DNA of 64,000 bases. It comes from Kangiellaceae bacterium. GTDB taxonomy: Bacteria > Pseudomonadota > Gammaproteobacteria > Enterobacterales > Kangiellaceae. The stretch spans positions 12,660 through 76,659 of the forward strand of contig JAPHTP010000043.1 of assembly GCA_026196875.1 (NCBI GenBank), written 5' to 3'. A program made the translations under genes and the position numbers. A model generated the notes under the pieces. The model saw only the letters and a program-made list of their open reading frames with translations, did no database searches and had not been told where the DNA came from. Each line of letters begins with the position of its first letter. Positions within the stretch are counted from its first letter, which is position 1. Below, piece after piece: positions 19,483 through 29,760 of this stretch.

Positions 19483-20811
19483 ATGAAGTTAAATTTAGCG
19501 CCGAATTCGGCATTAAAATCGAAGGATTTTACTTATGGGGTGGCGACTGCATCATTTCAAATTGAAGGTAACCTTGAAGGTAGACTTCCTTGTATTTGGG
19601 ATACATTTTGCGGTACGCCGGGCAAAATTAAAGATGGATCAAATGGCGAAATTGCATGCGACCATATTCGGCTTTGGGAGCAGGACATTGATCTCATCGA
19701 ATCACTAGGCGTAGATGCTTATCGATTTTCGGTTTCTTGGCCCAGATTAATAAACCAAGATGGTTCCTTGAATGATAAAGGTTTGGATTTTTACCTGGCG
19801 TTGCTTGACCGTCTCAACCAGAAGAATATCAAACCATTTGTGACTCTATACCATTGGGATTTGCCGCAATATTTAGAAGATATCGGCGGATGGCTTAACC
19901 GTGATACAGCCTATCGGTTTCAAGATTATGCAGATATCGTATCGCGCAAGTTTGGTGACAGAGTCTTCTCTTATGCAACTTTGAATGAACCATTTTGCAG
20001 TGCGTACCTAGGTTACGAAGCCGGGATCCACGCGCCGGGTAAAATTGGAAAGCAGTTTGGTAAAAAGGCGGCGCATCATTTATTGTTGGCCCATGGCTTG
20101 GGTATGCAAGCCTTGCAACAGAATAGCCCAAATTCGAAAAATGGAATTGTTTTGAATTTTACCCCGGCCTACCCGGAAACCGGTAAAGAAGAAGATGTGG
20201 TTGCTTGTGAATGGGCAAATCAGAATTTTAACGACTGGTATATTAAGCCGCTGTTTGATAAATCCTATCCGCCTATTATTGAAGAAATTTCTGAAGAAGA
20301 ACGTCCGCAAATCAAGGATGGCGACATGGAGATCATTGCACAACCGTTGGATTTTCTTGGGGTTAACTTTTACACCCGAGCAGTTTATAGAGCCGACAAG
20401 GAGAATCGTTTTAAAGAAATTCCACCACAAAATGTTCCGGTAACCGAGATGGGGTGGGAAATTTATCCGCAAGCATTTACAAATCTGTTAACCTCTCTGA
20501 ACCATCGTTATGCACTGCCTGAAATTTATATTACTGAAAATGGTTCAGCGATGAATGACGCTTTTATTGACGGGGAAGTAAATGATGTTGACCGAATCGA
20601 ATACCTGCAAGCACACCTTGAAGCGCTTGACCAAGCTATCGCACAAGGTGTAAACGTCAAAGGATATTTCGCATGGAGTTTAATGGATAATTTTGAGTGG
20701 GCAGAAGGTTACTTAAAGCGGTTCGGAATAGTTTATGTCGATTATTTAAATCAACAACGGATCATAAAGTTGAGCGGTAAGTCATACAGGGATTTCATTT
20801 CAAACCGCTAA
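19483..20811 (+). CDS. GH1 β-glucosidase
   Basis: FQIEG, TLNEPF (acid/base) and ITENG (nucleophile) motifs. The track starts at TTG 19459; ATG at 19483 fits the family N-terminus better. Confidence 0.9.
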   Translation: MKLNLAPNSALKSKDFTYGVATASFQIEGNLEGRLPCIWDTFCGTPGKIKDGSNGEIACDHIRLWEQDIDLIESLGVDAYRFSVSWPRLINQDGSLNDKGLDFYLALLDRLNQKNIKPFVTLYHWDLPQYLEDIGGWLNRDTAYRFQDYADIVSRKFGDRVFSYATLNEPFCSAYLGYEAGIHAPGKIGKQFGKKAAHHLLLAHGLGMQALQQNSPNSKNGIVLNFTPAYPETGKEEDVVACEWANQNFNDWYIKPLFDKSYPPIIEEISEEERPQIKDGDMEIIAQPLDFLGVNFYTRAVYRADKENRFKEIPPQNVPVTEMGWEIYPQAFTNLLTSLNHRYALPEIYITENGSAMNDAFIDGEVNDVDRIEYLQAHLEALDQAIAQGVNVKGYFAWSLMDNFEWAEGYLKRFGIVYVDYLNQQRIIKLSGKSYRDFISNR

Positions 20812-20902
20812 AAGTTGTTATTACCGATGTTTTCGAATATCGATAAATACTAAGACAAAACTAGCGTCTAGATAAAAAGTTTAAAACAAGAATGAGGTTT
20901 TA

Positions 20903-22231
20903 ATGGTTTCTGTAAAAGAAAAAATTGCTTACGGACTTGGGGATACCGCAAGCAATATTGTTTTTCAAACAGTTATGATGTTCTTGCTAATTTTTTACAC
21001 CGATGTTGTCGGACTATCTCCGGCGGTAGTGGGTACCTTATTTTTAGTTGTTAGAATCTTCGATGCAGTGACTGACCCTGTTATGGGGGCAATAACTGAT
21101 AATACTCATAGCAAATGGGGACAATTTAGGCCCTATTTACTTTGGTTGGCAGTTCCTTTTGGAATTATCAGCGTGCTCGCATTTACTACGCCTGACTTTT
21201 CCGAAACAAATAAAATGGTATACGCTTTTATTACCTATACGCTTTTGATGATTGCATATACGGCAATAAATATTCCCTACTGTGCGCTGGGCGGTGTGAT
21301 CACTGAGGATCCGAAAGAACGCGTGTCAATTCAATCCTATCGTTTTGTATTCGCAATGCTCGGTGGACTAATTGTCGCATCCGGAACTATGCCGCTGGTG
21401 GAATATTTTGGTCAGGGAGATAACGCAAAAGGCTACCAATTAACGATACTCGCCATGAGCGTTGTTGGAGTAGCAATGTTTTTAGTTTGCTTTGCAATGA
21501 CCAAACAGAGAATTACGCCCTCACTGGAACAGCGTCCTACTTTTAAAACTGCTTTTACCACCTTATGGCAAAATGATCAGGCTAAAGTTTTATGCGCTGC
21601 GGGGTTATTTCTTCTTACAGGACAAGTGCTCAAATTTACTCTTGCCGTTTATTATGTAAAGTACTTTTTAGACAGAGAAGATTTAGTGACTAGCTTTATG
21701 ACTCTAGGTGTTTTGGGGAGTTTAGTTGGTTGTTGGTTAGCCCACTATTTGGCGAGATACGTATGTAAAATAAAAGCCTATATCACTTTACAAGTTATTT
21801 CGAGCGTAATTTGCGCTGCAAGTTTTTTCATTCCTGCTGATGAGGTTGTTTTAGCTTTTGCTGCATTCATTTCCTGGAAGTTCTTTCTTGATATGGCGAC
21901 ACCGCTGCTTTGGGCCAAGATGGCTGACACGATTGATTATGGACAATGGAAGTCAGGCGTTAGAACCACCGGAATGGTTTATTCCGCAGTAATATTTTTT
22001 ATCAAGCTCGGAGTTGCGGTTGGCGGGGCGATGGCTGGCTGGTTATTGGCATATTATGATTACCAGGCTGACGTTGTCCAAACGGAGCAAACCAAACAAG
22101 GTATATTACTTTCATTTAGCCTTTTTCCTGCAATAGGTTCACTGATCGTTGCGGGAATCATGCGTTGGTATCGATTGGATAGTCAAAAGGTCGAACAAAT
22201 CAACCTTGAGCTAAAACTAGTTGAGCAATAA
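20903..22231 (+). CDS. MFS GPH-family glycoside symporter (second copy)
   Basis: 442 aa. Same GPH signature region as the 8405 paralog. Confidence 0.8.
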   Translation: MVSVKEKIAYGLGDTASNIVFQTVMMFLLIFYTDVVGLSPAVVGTLFLVVRIFDAVTDPVMGAITDNTHSKWGQFRPYLLWLAVPFGIISVLAFTTPDFSETNKMVYAFITYTLLMIAYTAINIPYCALGGVITEDPKERVSIQSYRFVFAMLGGLIVASGTMPLVEYFGQGDNAKGYQLTILAMSVVGVAMFLVCFAMTKQRITPSLEQRPTFKTAFTTLWQNDQAKVLCAAGLFLLTGQVLKFTLAVYYVKYFLDREDLVTSFMTLGVLGSLVGCWLAHYLARYVCKIKAYITLQVISSVICAASFFIPADEVVLAFAAFISWKFFLDMATPLLWAKMADTIDYGQWKSGVRTTGMVYSAVIFFIKLGVAVGGAMAGWLLAYYDYQADVVQTEQTKQGILLSFSLFPAIGSLIVAGIMRWYRLDSQKVEQINLELKLVEQ

Positions 22232-22340
22232 CATTCGGCGGGCGCGATCTATACTAATGGTATCTATACCGACATGATCAATACCAATATGTTAAAGTAC
22301 CTGAGTCAATTTAATCGGAAGTCTGCGTTAGAGGAAAACG

Positions 22341-23339
22341 ATGGCCACAATTTATGATGTATCTGTGTTAGCAGGTGTATCTTTAGCAACCGTGTCACGC
22401 GTGATGAATAACAACGCGAAAGTCAGCGAGAAGACTCGCCAAAAAGTACTGGCTGCGATGGAGGAGCTAGGATATCGGCCAAATACTATAGCTCAATCTT
22501 TAGCTTCAAATCGATCTAACAGTGTTGGGATCCTAGTCTCAGAACTTTATGGCTACTTTTATAGTGCAATGCTTAGTGGTATTGAAAAGGAGCTACGCCG
22601 AGCCGGCAAGCACGTAATCATCGCTGCTGGTCATAGTAATAAATCCGATGAGGTAGATGGAATAGAGTTTCTAATTAGCCGAAGTTGTGATGCTCTGATC
22701 TTACACGTTGAAGCGGTGAGCGATGATTTTCTAATTGAACTTAGTAAAACGAATACTCCTTTTGTGCTTATCAATAGACAGGTAGAGTCGTTATCTTCAA
22801 ATTGTATTGTGTTAAACAATGAACAAGGAGGATATTTAGCGACTAAAGCGATACTAGAACAAGGCCATCGTAAAATTTCCTATATTTCCGGACCGCTGTG
22901 GAAAAGAGATGCACAAGACCGACTCACTGGTCATAAGAAAGCCTTGGCTGATTATGGTGTTGCATTTGAAGAGCCTTTGTTTGTAGAAAGTGATTACACT
23001 GAGTCGGGTGGTGTTGAAAGTATGCGGCGGCTGTTACAAAAAAATATATCATTCTCTGCTCTGGTTTGCGCCAATGATGAAATGGCCTCTGGCGCGATGT
23101 CGGAATCCAGAGCGCAGGGCATCGATTTACCGAATGAGCTTTCAATTGTCGGTTTTGATAACGTTGTGTTTGCGCGCCATCTATACCCAAAGTTGTCAAC
23201 TATCGAATACCCAATAAATGAAATGGGAAAAATGGCAGCGCAAATGGTATTGAGAAATGTCTATGATATCGACAAATTCGATTTACAAAATCTATTTGAA
23301 CCAAAATTTATAGAGCGTGATTCTATTCGTCCTATATAG
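22341..23339 (+). CDS. LacI-family transcriptional regulator
   Basis: N-terminal HTH MATIYDVSVLAGVSLATVSRVMNN plus a periplasmic-binding-protein-like effector domain. Confidence 0.9.
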   Translation: MATIYDVSVLAGVSLATVSRVMNNNAKVSEKTRQKVLAAMEELGYRPNTIAQSLASNRSNSVGILVSELYGYFYSAMLSGIEKELRRAGKHVIIAAGHSNKSDEVDGIEFLISRSCDALILHVEAVSDDFLIELSKTNTPFVLINRQVESLSSNCIVLNNEQGGYLATKAILEQGHRKISYISGPLWKRDAQDRLTGHKKALADYGVAFEEPLFVESDYTESGGVESMRRLLQKNISFSALVCANDEMASGAMSESRAQGIDLPNELSIVGFDNVVFARHLYPKLSTIEYPINEMGKMAAQMVLRNVYDIDKFDLQNLFEPKFIERDSIRPI

Positions 23340-23450
23340 ATTGTTCTTTTGAGTAATTCATTGGAACATACTATACAAAATCTAAAGTTTTCATGAGGGC
23401 CAGTTAGTGCTAGTCTCCTAGAGTTATTTCTTTGGAGTATTATTTACTGG

Positions 23451-26144
23451 ATGTCCTACAATAAAAAACTCTCTTACTATCGTGACTGCTACAAAGAAGA
23501 TAGTGCTGATATTAACCTTTGGAACTTATTAAAACTTAGGCAACAAGACCGTCATATTCTTGAGGGGCAAGATGATGTCGGTTCACGATTTCTTCAGCGG
23601 CTGCCAATTCCATCCGACTTCGCTGAAGAAATGCAAAAACGAGTTGAAATGTACCAGAGGGAAAGAGTTCTACTTTATGCCAGCTTCTTCATTATTGGTA
23701 GAATCCAGATAAATGGTGAGTCAAAGCAAATTGTTTCGCCATTATTATTTAATGAGGCATCAATAGAAAAAGATGAACACAGTTATTACTTTTCTCCAGA
23801 TTTCGAACGCCCAGAAGTTAATCAAGCATTGGTACAAGCACTGACGCCTGAAGATGGAGAGGTTCCGACCGGCGATGATGTAAGGCATATGCAGTCCGCA
23901 GAGCTTTGGACTGAATGGGCGCGCGAAGCAGCACAACCAATCAACTTCCTGACCTTGTTAAACTTTCCAAAGTTATCTGGCACTAATGAAGTTGATAAAG
24001 CATTAAAGAGCAATGAGTTGCATCTTCTACCTGTGTCGATGTTAGTTTTGGTCGAGAGATCGACTAGCAGCCGAGGAATTATTTACGAGCTTGATAAAAT
24101 AATTGAGAAAGAGCAGTTATCTCGACCTCTTAAAGCACTATATGCTCAACAAGAAAGTAAAACCTCCCAAAAAAATACCAAAAATCCAGTTCAGTATGAG
24201 TACTTACCTGGTTTACTATCAAGCGCCCAACAAAAGATCATTTCAATTGCGGCAAATGCTGATATCGGTTGTGTATCGGGTCCGCCGGGTACTGGGAAAA
24301 GCTATACCATCGCCGCAACGGCTGCAGAAAATCTCTCACGGCATAGAACCGTCCTAATAGTTGCGCATACCGAAACTGCGCTCGAAGTAATTGGCGATAA
24401 ATTAGAACAAAATTTCAACTTGGGTGATGTTTGTATAAGAGCAGGAAAGAAAGAATATTTGAAAGAGCTTAAAAATTATCTTACCAATCTGTTAAGTGGC
24501 TATTTCTCGGAATCGATCCTTGAGCCAGAAAAAGAAATTGCAGTTCAATTAAAAAAAGTTAATAGACGACTAAATAATATCGAAAAGCGTTTTATTCGAG
24601 ATTGTAGAAAGGCAATCAAAAGAGGTCAGAGAATTAAAAAGTTCGAAGATGCCCAGGCCAAGTTTTGGCTCGATTTATATCTAACCTTTACTCGCGCCAA
24701 AATCAAATCGTTCGGTAGTCAATGGAAAAAGCTTGATCAAATCAACCAGTTGCTAGAAAAAAGAGAAGCGTTAGCAAGTCGCTATTTAGCAAAGGTAAAA
24801 GAGGAAAACCTCAAGATACTAATTAATAAACACCGCAAATCATTGCAAGCCTTTAACAAAGCGATTAGAAGTCGAACTTCAAAGCGCCAATCAGAATATT
24901 TTGATGAAATTGAGTTTAGCGTGTTGCTCTCCGCTTTTCCCGTTTGGCTAGTTAGCCTGAGTACGCTACATAAAGTACTTCCACTTACAAAAGAAATGTT
25001 TGACCTTGTTATTATCGATGAAGCAACTCAATGCAATATTAGCAGTTGTATCCCAGCCTTTTACCGAGCAAAGCGTGCGCTAGTTGTTGGTGATACCAAG
25101 CAATTAAAGCATTACTCTTTTTTGTCGCGTAGTAAACAGCAACAAATCTTAGATAGTCATCAACTAACCTCGAGCCAATTGGGCATTGTTAGCTATCGGG
25201 ACAACTCCATATTAGACCTAGCATTAGATTCTTTAGATAGTGAGAATCAGATTGCATTTTTAGATGAGCATTTTCGAAGTAATCCTGAACTCATTCATTT
25301 TAGCAATAAGCAATTCTATCAGGATAAACTTAAAGTCATGCAACACAGGCCGTGTACTAGCAGTGGATTTTTGCGCCTGGTCAAGGTTGAAGGGGCGCGT
25401 GATAAAAAAGGTGTAAACAAAATAGAGGCCGAATCCGTATTGGAAAAAATAGAACACTATGTATCAGCAGAATCCGATCAAAAATATAAAACCAGCATTG
25501 GTGTAGTCTCGCCTTTTCGCAATCAAGCTGAGCATTTAGAAAAACAGATTGAAAAACGCTTTACACAGGATGAAATTCTCTCCCATTCTATCCGAGCTTC
25601 GACACCGTTCGGTTTTCAAGGGGAAGAAAGAGATATTATGTTACTTTCCTTTTCTCTCGATAATCGATCAAAACGAGCCGCCTCTTACCTAAACAAACAA
25701 GATGTATTCAATGTGGCTATTACTCGTGCCCGCCAGAAGCAGTATTTGTTCCTATCAATCGATTCAGATATATTACCTCAAAACAACTTATTGAAGACCT
25801 ATCTTGAGTCAGCTGACGAGTTTCAAGCTGAGCATGAAATTAATCACGATAACGATGAATTTCAGAAAGATGTGGAGTGTTATCTAAATGAATTAGGAAT
25901 AGAGTGTTGGGCTGGTTACAGCATCGCAGGGCATTCGATTGATCTTTTATGCCGGAAAGATGGCACTTATCTAGCGCTTGACCTGATTGGATTTCCGGGC
26001 CCTTGGGCAGATTTTTTTGAACTAAACACCTATAAAATATTTAAGCGGGCGGGAATTAACATATTGCCTATTAGCTATGGATTCTGGAAACAAGACAAGC
26101 AAGTTTGTATAGATGTTATAACAGCAAACCTAAGCCGTTCCTAA
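23451..26144 (+). CDS. SF1 (Upf1/DNA2-like) helicase with DUF4011-like N-terminal region and C-terminal restriction-endonuclease-fold-like tail
   Basis: Walker A GPPGTGKSY and Walker B VIIDEATQ are seen directly. AAA_11/AAA_12 organisation and a DUF559/PD-(D/E)xK-type tail (…HSIDLLCRKDGTYLALDLIGFPG…) are recalled family features. The N-terminal PLLF region resembles DUF4011. Confidence 0.65.
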   Translation: MSYNKKLSYYRDCYKEDSADINLWNLLKLRQQDRHILEGQDDVGSRFLQRLPIPSDFAEEMQKRVEMYQRERVLLYASFFIIGRIQINGESKQIVSPLLFNEASIEKDEHSYYFSPDFERPEVNQALVQALTPEDGEVPTGDDVRHMQSAELWTEWAREAAQPINFLTLLNFPKLSGTNEVDKALKSNELHLLPVSMLVLVERSTSSRGIIYELDKIIEKEQLSRPLKALYAQQESKTSQKNTKNPVQYEYLPGLLSSAQQKIISIAANADIGCVSGPPGTGKSYTIAATAAENLSRHRTVLIVAHTETALEVIGDKLEQNFNLGDVCIRAGKKEYLKELKNYLTNLLSGYFSESILEPEKEIAVQLKKVNRRLNNIEKRFIRDCRKAIKRGQRIKKFEDAQAKFWLDLYLTFTRAKIKSFGSQWKKLDQINQLLEKREALASRYLAKVKEENLKILINKHRKSLQAFNKAIRSRTSKRQSEYFDEIEFSVLLSAFPVWLVSLSTLHKVLPLTKEMFDLVIIDEATQCNISSCIPAFYRAKRALVVGDTKQLKHYSFLSRSKQQQILDSHQLTSSQLGIVSYRDNSILDLALDSLDSENQIAFLDEHFRSNPELIHFSNKQFYQDKLKVMQHRPCTSSGFLRLVKVEGARDKKGVNKIEAESVLEKIEHYVSAESDQKYKTSIGVVSPFRNQAEHLEKQIEKRFTQDEILSHSIRASTPFGFQGEERDIMLLSFSLDNRSKRAASYLNKQDVFNVAITRARQKQYLFLSIDSDILPQNNLLKTYLESADEFQAEHEINHDNDEFQKDVECYLNELGIECWAGYSIAGHSIDLLCRKDGTYLALDLIGFPGPWADFFELNTYKIFKRAGINILPISYGFWKQDKQVCIDVITANLSRS

Positions 26145-26205
26145 CGCAATAAAATTGGCTTTTTATAATCCTGGTAGTCTCGTGATTTTCAACTACTATT
26201 AGTAG

Positions 26206-26907
26206 ATGAATATAGTACTAATGAGAAGCCTTCAAGCGGCAACATTTTCAATAGGAGCCCCGCTTGGTTGGCTTCTGATCAGATATCTTGAAGGGGCAGA
26301 TATTAGCCAAGATATTCAAAGCAATGTCTTGCTTTACGCCTACCTATTATTCGGTACTTTGATTGTCTTTATTTTATTTGGGGCTTATGTAGGAAACAAA
26401 GAAAAGTACATCACCGAGCTAGCGGTTAAAGATCCTTTAACCCAAATCCACAACCGACGTTTTTTTATTGGCCGTTTAACAGAAGAAATATCTCGAGCTT
26501 CTCGTTATCAAAAACCATTATCTATGATCTATTTTGACTTGGACCATTTTAAAGTGGTTAATGACACATACGGCCATCCAGTGGGCGATAAAGTTCTAGT
26601 CAAGGTTGCAAGAGAAGTTAAGAAAAATATTCGGAGTCATGATATTTTTGCTAGGACCGGAGGCGAAGAATTCGCAATTTTGCTGCCTCAGTGTGAAATT
26701 GCCAATGCTGTAGCTAATGCTGAGCGGATCCGGTTAGGTCTCGAGAAAATGGCTATTGAAGTTGGTTCAAATAAATCAATAAACGTTACAGCTTCTTTTG
26801 GTGTGACGAGTTGGCAGAAAGAACAGTCGGCATCTGAATTCTATAATTGTGCTGATAAAAATCTCTATGCAGCCAAGGAAAAAGGTCGTAATTGCGTTGT
26901 TTCTTAG
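26206..26907 (+). CDS. Membrane-anchored GGDEF diguanylate cyclase
   Basis: Two N-terminal TM helices. RxxD-type region and GGEEF active-site motif. Confidence 0.85.
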   Translation: MNIVLMRSLQAATFSIGAPLGWLLIRYLEGADISQDIQSNVLLYAYLLFGTLIVFILFGAYVGNKEKYITELAVKDPLTQIHNRRFFIGRLTEEISRASRYQKPLSMIYFDLDHFKVVNDTYGHPVGDKVLVKVAREVKKNIRSHDIFARTGGEEFAILLPQCEIANAVANAERIRLGLEKMAIEVGSNKSINVTASFGVTSWQKEQSASEFYNCADKNLYAAKEKGRNCVVS

Positions 26908-26985
26908 GGGGATTATATCCGGATAGCTATCCTTAGCCGAATAGCATAAAATCTTGTTTCTGTAAGCGTTTAAACCAACTGTCAA

Positions 26986-27486
26986 ATGAATCGAATCGAA
27001 TATTTATCTAACTGGGATCGTAAAGATACAGAGTACTTGAAAACCTTTTCTGATAAAAATAAGAATTCTGAAAAATTTGTCCAAGAGCTTATTGAATTAA
27101 TTGGTGATTCAGGTACTCAATCGGCCGCAACTTGGATCTTAAAAAATGAGTTTTCCGGTATTGAATTTTCAAATGAGCAATCCGAGTCGATATTAAATTT
27201 GCTAGACAAACTGACCTATTGGGATTCTCAGCTGCATGTTCTTCAGTTTTTGCATCAGCTTAAAATTTCAGAGTCTAAGAAAAAAGAATTAGAAGTGTTT
27301 TTACGTAAGAGCTTGGTCAGTGATAACAAATTCGTACGCGCTTGGGCTTATAATGGATTTGATGTTTTAGCTGAGCGATTCACGGAATATCGTCAAGAAG
27401 TTGATCAGTTTCTGGAAATGGGTTTAAGGGATGAGCCAGCTTCAGTTAAAGCGCGGATTCGGAATATACTTAAAAATAGGAAATAA
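26986..27486 (+). CDS. Hypothetical helical protein
   Basis: 166 aa ORF with normal codon usage. No recognisable motif. Confidence 0.3.
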   Translation: MNRIEYLSNWDRKDTEYLKTFSDKNKNSEKFVQELIELIGDSGTQSAATWILKNEFSGIEFSNEQSESILNLLDKLTYWDSQLHVLQFLHQLKISESKKKELEVFLRKSLVSDNKFVRAWAYNGFDVLAERFTEYRQEVDQFLEMGLRDEPASVKARIRNILKNRK

Positions 27487-27500
27487 ATTTTATTTAATGT

Positions 27501-27534
27501 TCATTTCGACTGTAGTGAACTACAGTCGAAATGA
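27501..27534. terminator. 15-bp perfect hairpin between convergent genes, candidate bidirectional terminator
   Basis: TCATTTCGACTGTAG-tgaa-CTACAGTCGAAATGA. A T-run is present on the minus-strand side only. Confidence 0.4.
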
Positions 27535-27549
27535 GATGGCTGTCAATAA

Positions 27550-28500
27550 TTAGTGGCTATGTCCATGCTCAGCTTTGCTCACTTTTTTGTGTTTTTTACT
27601 TTGGCTAATACCTTTATAGATTTGGCGAGTCATACGTTCAGTAGTAATAAATTGCCAGTTCCATTTATCGTGATATTTCTTTAATGGGTTAGCCTTGACG
27701 ACTTCATCTTCACTTTTACCAGCCTTAACCAATGCTTTGATTAATTTTTTTGAGTCAATCAACATGTCAACAGCTGCTTGAAGATCTTTCTTAGTTGCCA
27801 GTGGTCCATGACCAGGTATGATTTTGGTCTTATCGTTGCTCAGTTTGATAACACGTTGTTGTGCCTTGATATAGCCTTTTACGCTTCCACCACTTGCAAG
27901 GTCAATGTACGGGAACATACCGTTGAAGAAGGTATCACCAGTGTGAATAACGTTGGCATCCTTAAAATGAATGATTGCGTCACCGTCGGTATGTGCATGC
28001 GCCACATGGAAAATATTAGCTTCTTCACCGTTTAGATGAAAACTCATCGACTTAGAGAAAGTGATCACGGGTAACGCGTGTTTAGGCGCAGGCTTCATGC
28101 CATCCTGAGTACGTACCCCCTTTTTAATCAAATGACGACGTAAGTTATCATGGGCAACAATATGGGTCCCGTCCTTACCCATAGCCTCATTGTTTCCGGT
28201 ATGGTCTCCATGTACGTGAGTATTGATTAAAAAATCGACCTTATTTGGTGTCACACTGGCTATCGCTTTCTTCATCTTGTCGAGCAATGGAGGCATTGAG
28301 TCATCTATCATCACTACGCCGTCTTCACCAACTGAAAGTCCAATATTGCCTCCTGTGAATCCGCCAACACCGGACAACATATAAAGCCCTTTAGATACTT
28401 CGGTAGTCGCAAAATCTGGTGAAGCTCCATCTTGAGCAAAGCCGATGGAAGACGCCATCAGCGCTGAGCCAATTAATGTAAGTTTGATTAGTTTTTTCAT
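27550..28500 (-). CDS. Periplasmic MBL-fold metallo-hydrolase
   Basis: Signal peptide. HVHGDHTGN (HxHxDH) metal-binding motif. Confidence 0.75.
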   Translation of the reverse strand: MKKLIKLTLIGSALMASSIGFAQDGASPDFATTEVSKGLYMLSGVGGFTGGNIGLSVGEDGVVMIDDSMPPLLDKMKKAIASVTPNKVDFLINTHVHGDHTGNNEAMGKDGTHIVAHDNLRRHLIKKGVRTQDGMKPAPKHALPVITFSKSMSFHLNGEEANIFHVAHAHTDGDAIIHFKDANVIHTGDTFFNGMFPYIDLASGGSVKGYIKAQQRVIKLSNDKTKIIPGHGPLATKKDLQAAVDMLIDSKKLIKALVKAGKSEDEVVKANPLKKYHDKWNWQFITTERMTRQIYKGISQSKKHKKVSKAEHGHSH

Positions 28501-28854
28501 AGCATGTTCCTTCGAGTATTTAGTATTGATTTTATTAGCGCTCTCGTTTGGCCGACGGAATACAGCGAGTGATTTATATAGACCTCTATTTTTCTATTTT
28601 TGTCTCAAAAATAGCTTATACAATTGCCATTTTGATACTTATAGATGAATTGCATATTTAATTGTTTCTTCAGCCAGTTATCCAGTTATAAGGCTAGGGT
28701 ATCAGTCTAACTTAAAGCCTTGCCGAGCAAAAGTTGAATAACAAATCTAAGGCAAGTCATAGAACTAGATTATCCAATTGATAATTAAGGAATAAATCTA
28801 GCTCTTTCTCGTTAACTCTGCAGCCTTTGAAACAAATTGCAATGATTTAGACTT

Positions 28855-28895
28855 GACATAAAATGTCCTGATTTGCTAATTTGACATAATATGTC
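28855..28895. promoter_or_regulatory. Two 13-bp palindromes GACAT-N3-ATGTC, each overlapping a perfect TTGACA hexamer, upstream of the PspA-like gene
   Basis: GACATAAAATGTC at 28855–28867 and GACATAATATGTC at 28883–28895. Seen directly. Centres are 28 bp apart. Confidence 0.35.
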
Positions 28896-28982
28896 GTAGG
28901 CGATATTTAAGCTCAAATTCGAATTTCAGTCGAATCAAAACGACAAGATAGCTAAGAATCATGACTAATAGGAGAAGTATCA

Positions 28983-29666
28983 ATGAGTATTATGCAAAAA
29001 ATTATGACTGCAGTTCGAGGTAGTGCCAGGGAGTTAGGGGAAGCAGTGGTGGATTCTCAGTCAATGCGTATTTTTGAGCAGGAATTATTCGAGTCAAAAG
29101 AGAACCTTGCTGCAGCAAAGGATAGCTTAACTGAGATTATGGCTAGCAAGATGGCGACTGAGCGTAAAATTGACAGTTGCAAGAATGAAATCACTGAGCA
29201 TGAGTCTTACGCCAAAAAGGCGCTGGAAAAAGGTGAAGAATCATTAGCTTTGGAGATTGCTGGTAAGGTTGGTGGTCTTGAAGAGAATTTAAATCAACTT
29301 AAGGAAGATTTGTCTCATTACGAGAAAAGTATCGAGGTACTAAAAACTCAAATTGCAAATGCGGAGAAGTCGCTAACTACTCACGAAAGAGACCTAAATA
29401 TAGTCAAAACGCGTGAGTCGGTACAAAAAGCATCGGTATCGGTTTCCCATACGATTAAGGAAAACAATTTGTCAGTGGATAAAGCTGGCGAAACCCTTGA
29501 AAAAATCAAGGAAAAGCAGCAACATCATGCAGACAAGGTTGCCGCCGCTGAAGAGTTGGCGAAAGAAGAAAGTAGCGTGGATTTAGATGAAAAGCTGAAA
29601 GCCTCAGGGATTAAAAAGGATCTTAATTCTGCTGAAGCGGTTTTGGCTCGGATCAAGGGTGGATAG
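28983..29666 (+). CDS. PspA/IM30-family protein, YjfJ-type paralog
   Basis: 227 aa all-coiled-coil. C-terminal DLDEKLKASGI…AEAVLARIKGG closely matches remembered E. coli YjfJ (…DLDEKLAEAGIGG…QDVLARLQ…). Confidence 0.7.
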   Translation: MSIMQKIMTAVRGSARELGEAVVDSQSMRIFEQELFESKENLAAAKDSLTEIMASKMATERKIDSCKNEITEHESYAKKALEKGEESLALEIAGKVGGLEENLNQLKEDLSHYEKSIEVLKTQIANAEKSLTTHERDLNIVKTRESVQKASVSVSHTIKENNLSVDKAGETLEKIKEKQQHHADKVAAAEELAKEESSVDLDEKLKASGIKKDLNSAEAVLARIKGG

Positions 29667-29760
29667 AGAGTTTTAAAAGTTCCGTCTCGTCTCGCTTTGG
29701 GAGAGGGAAGGCGGATAGAGCTTTGGTTATAGGACGTTAAGAAAGAGGAATAAATATCGA

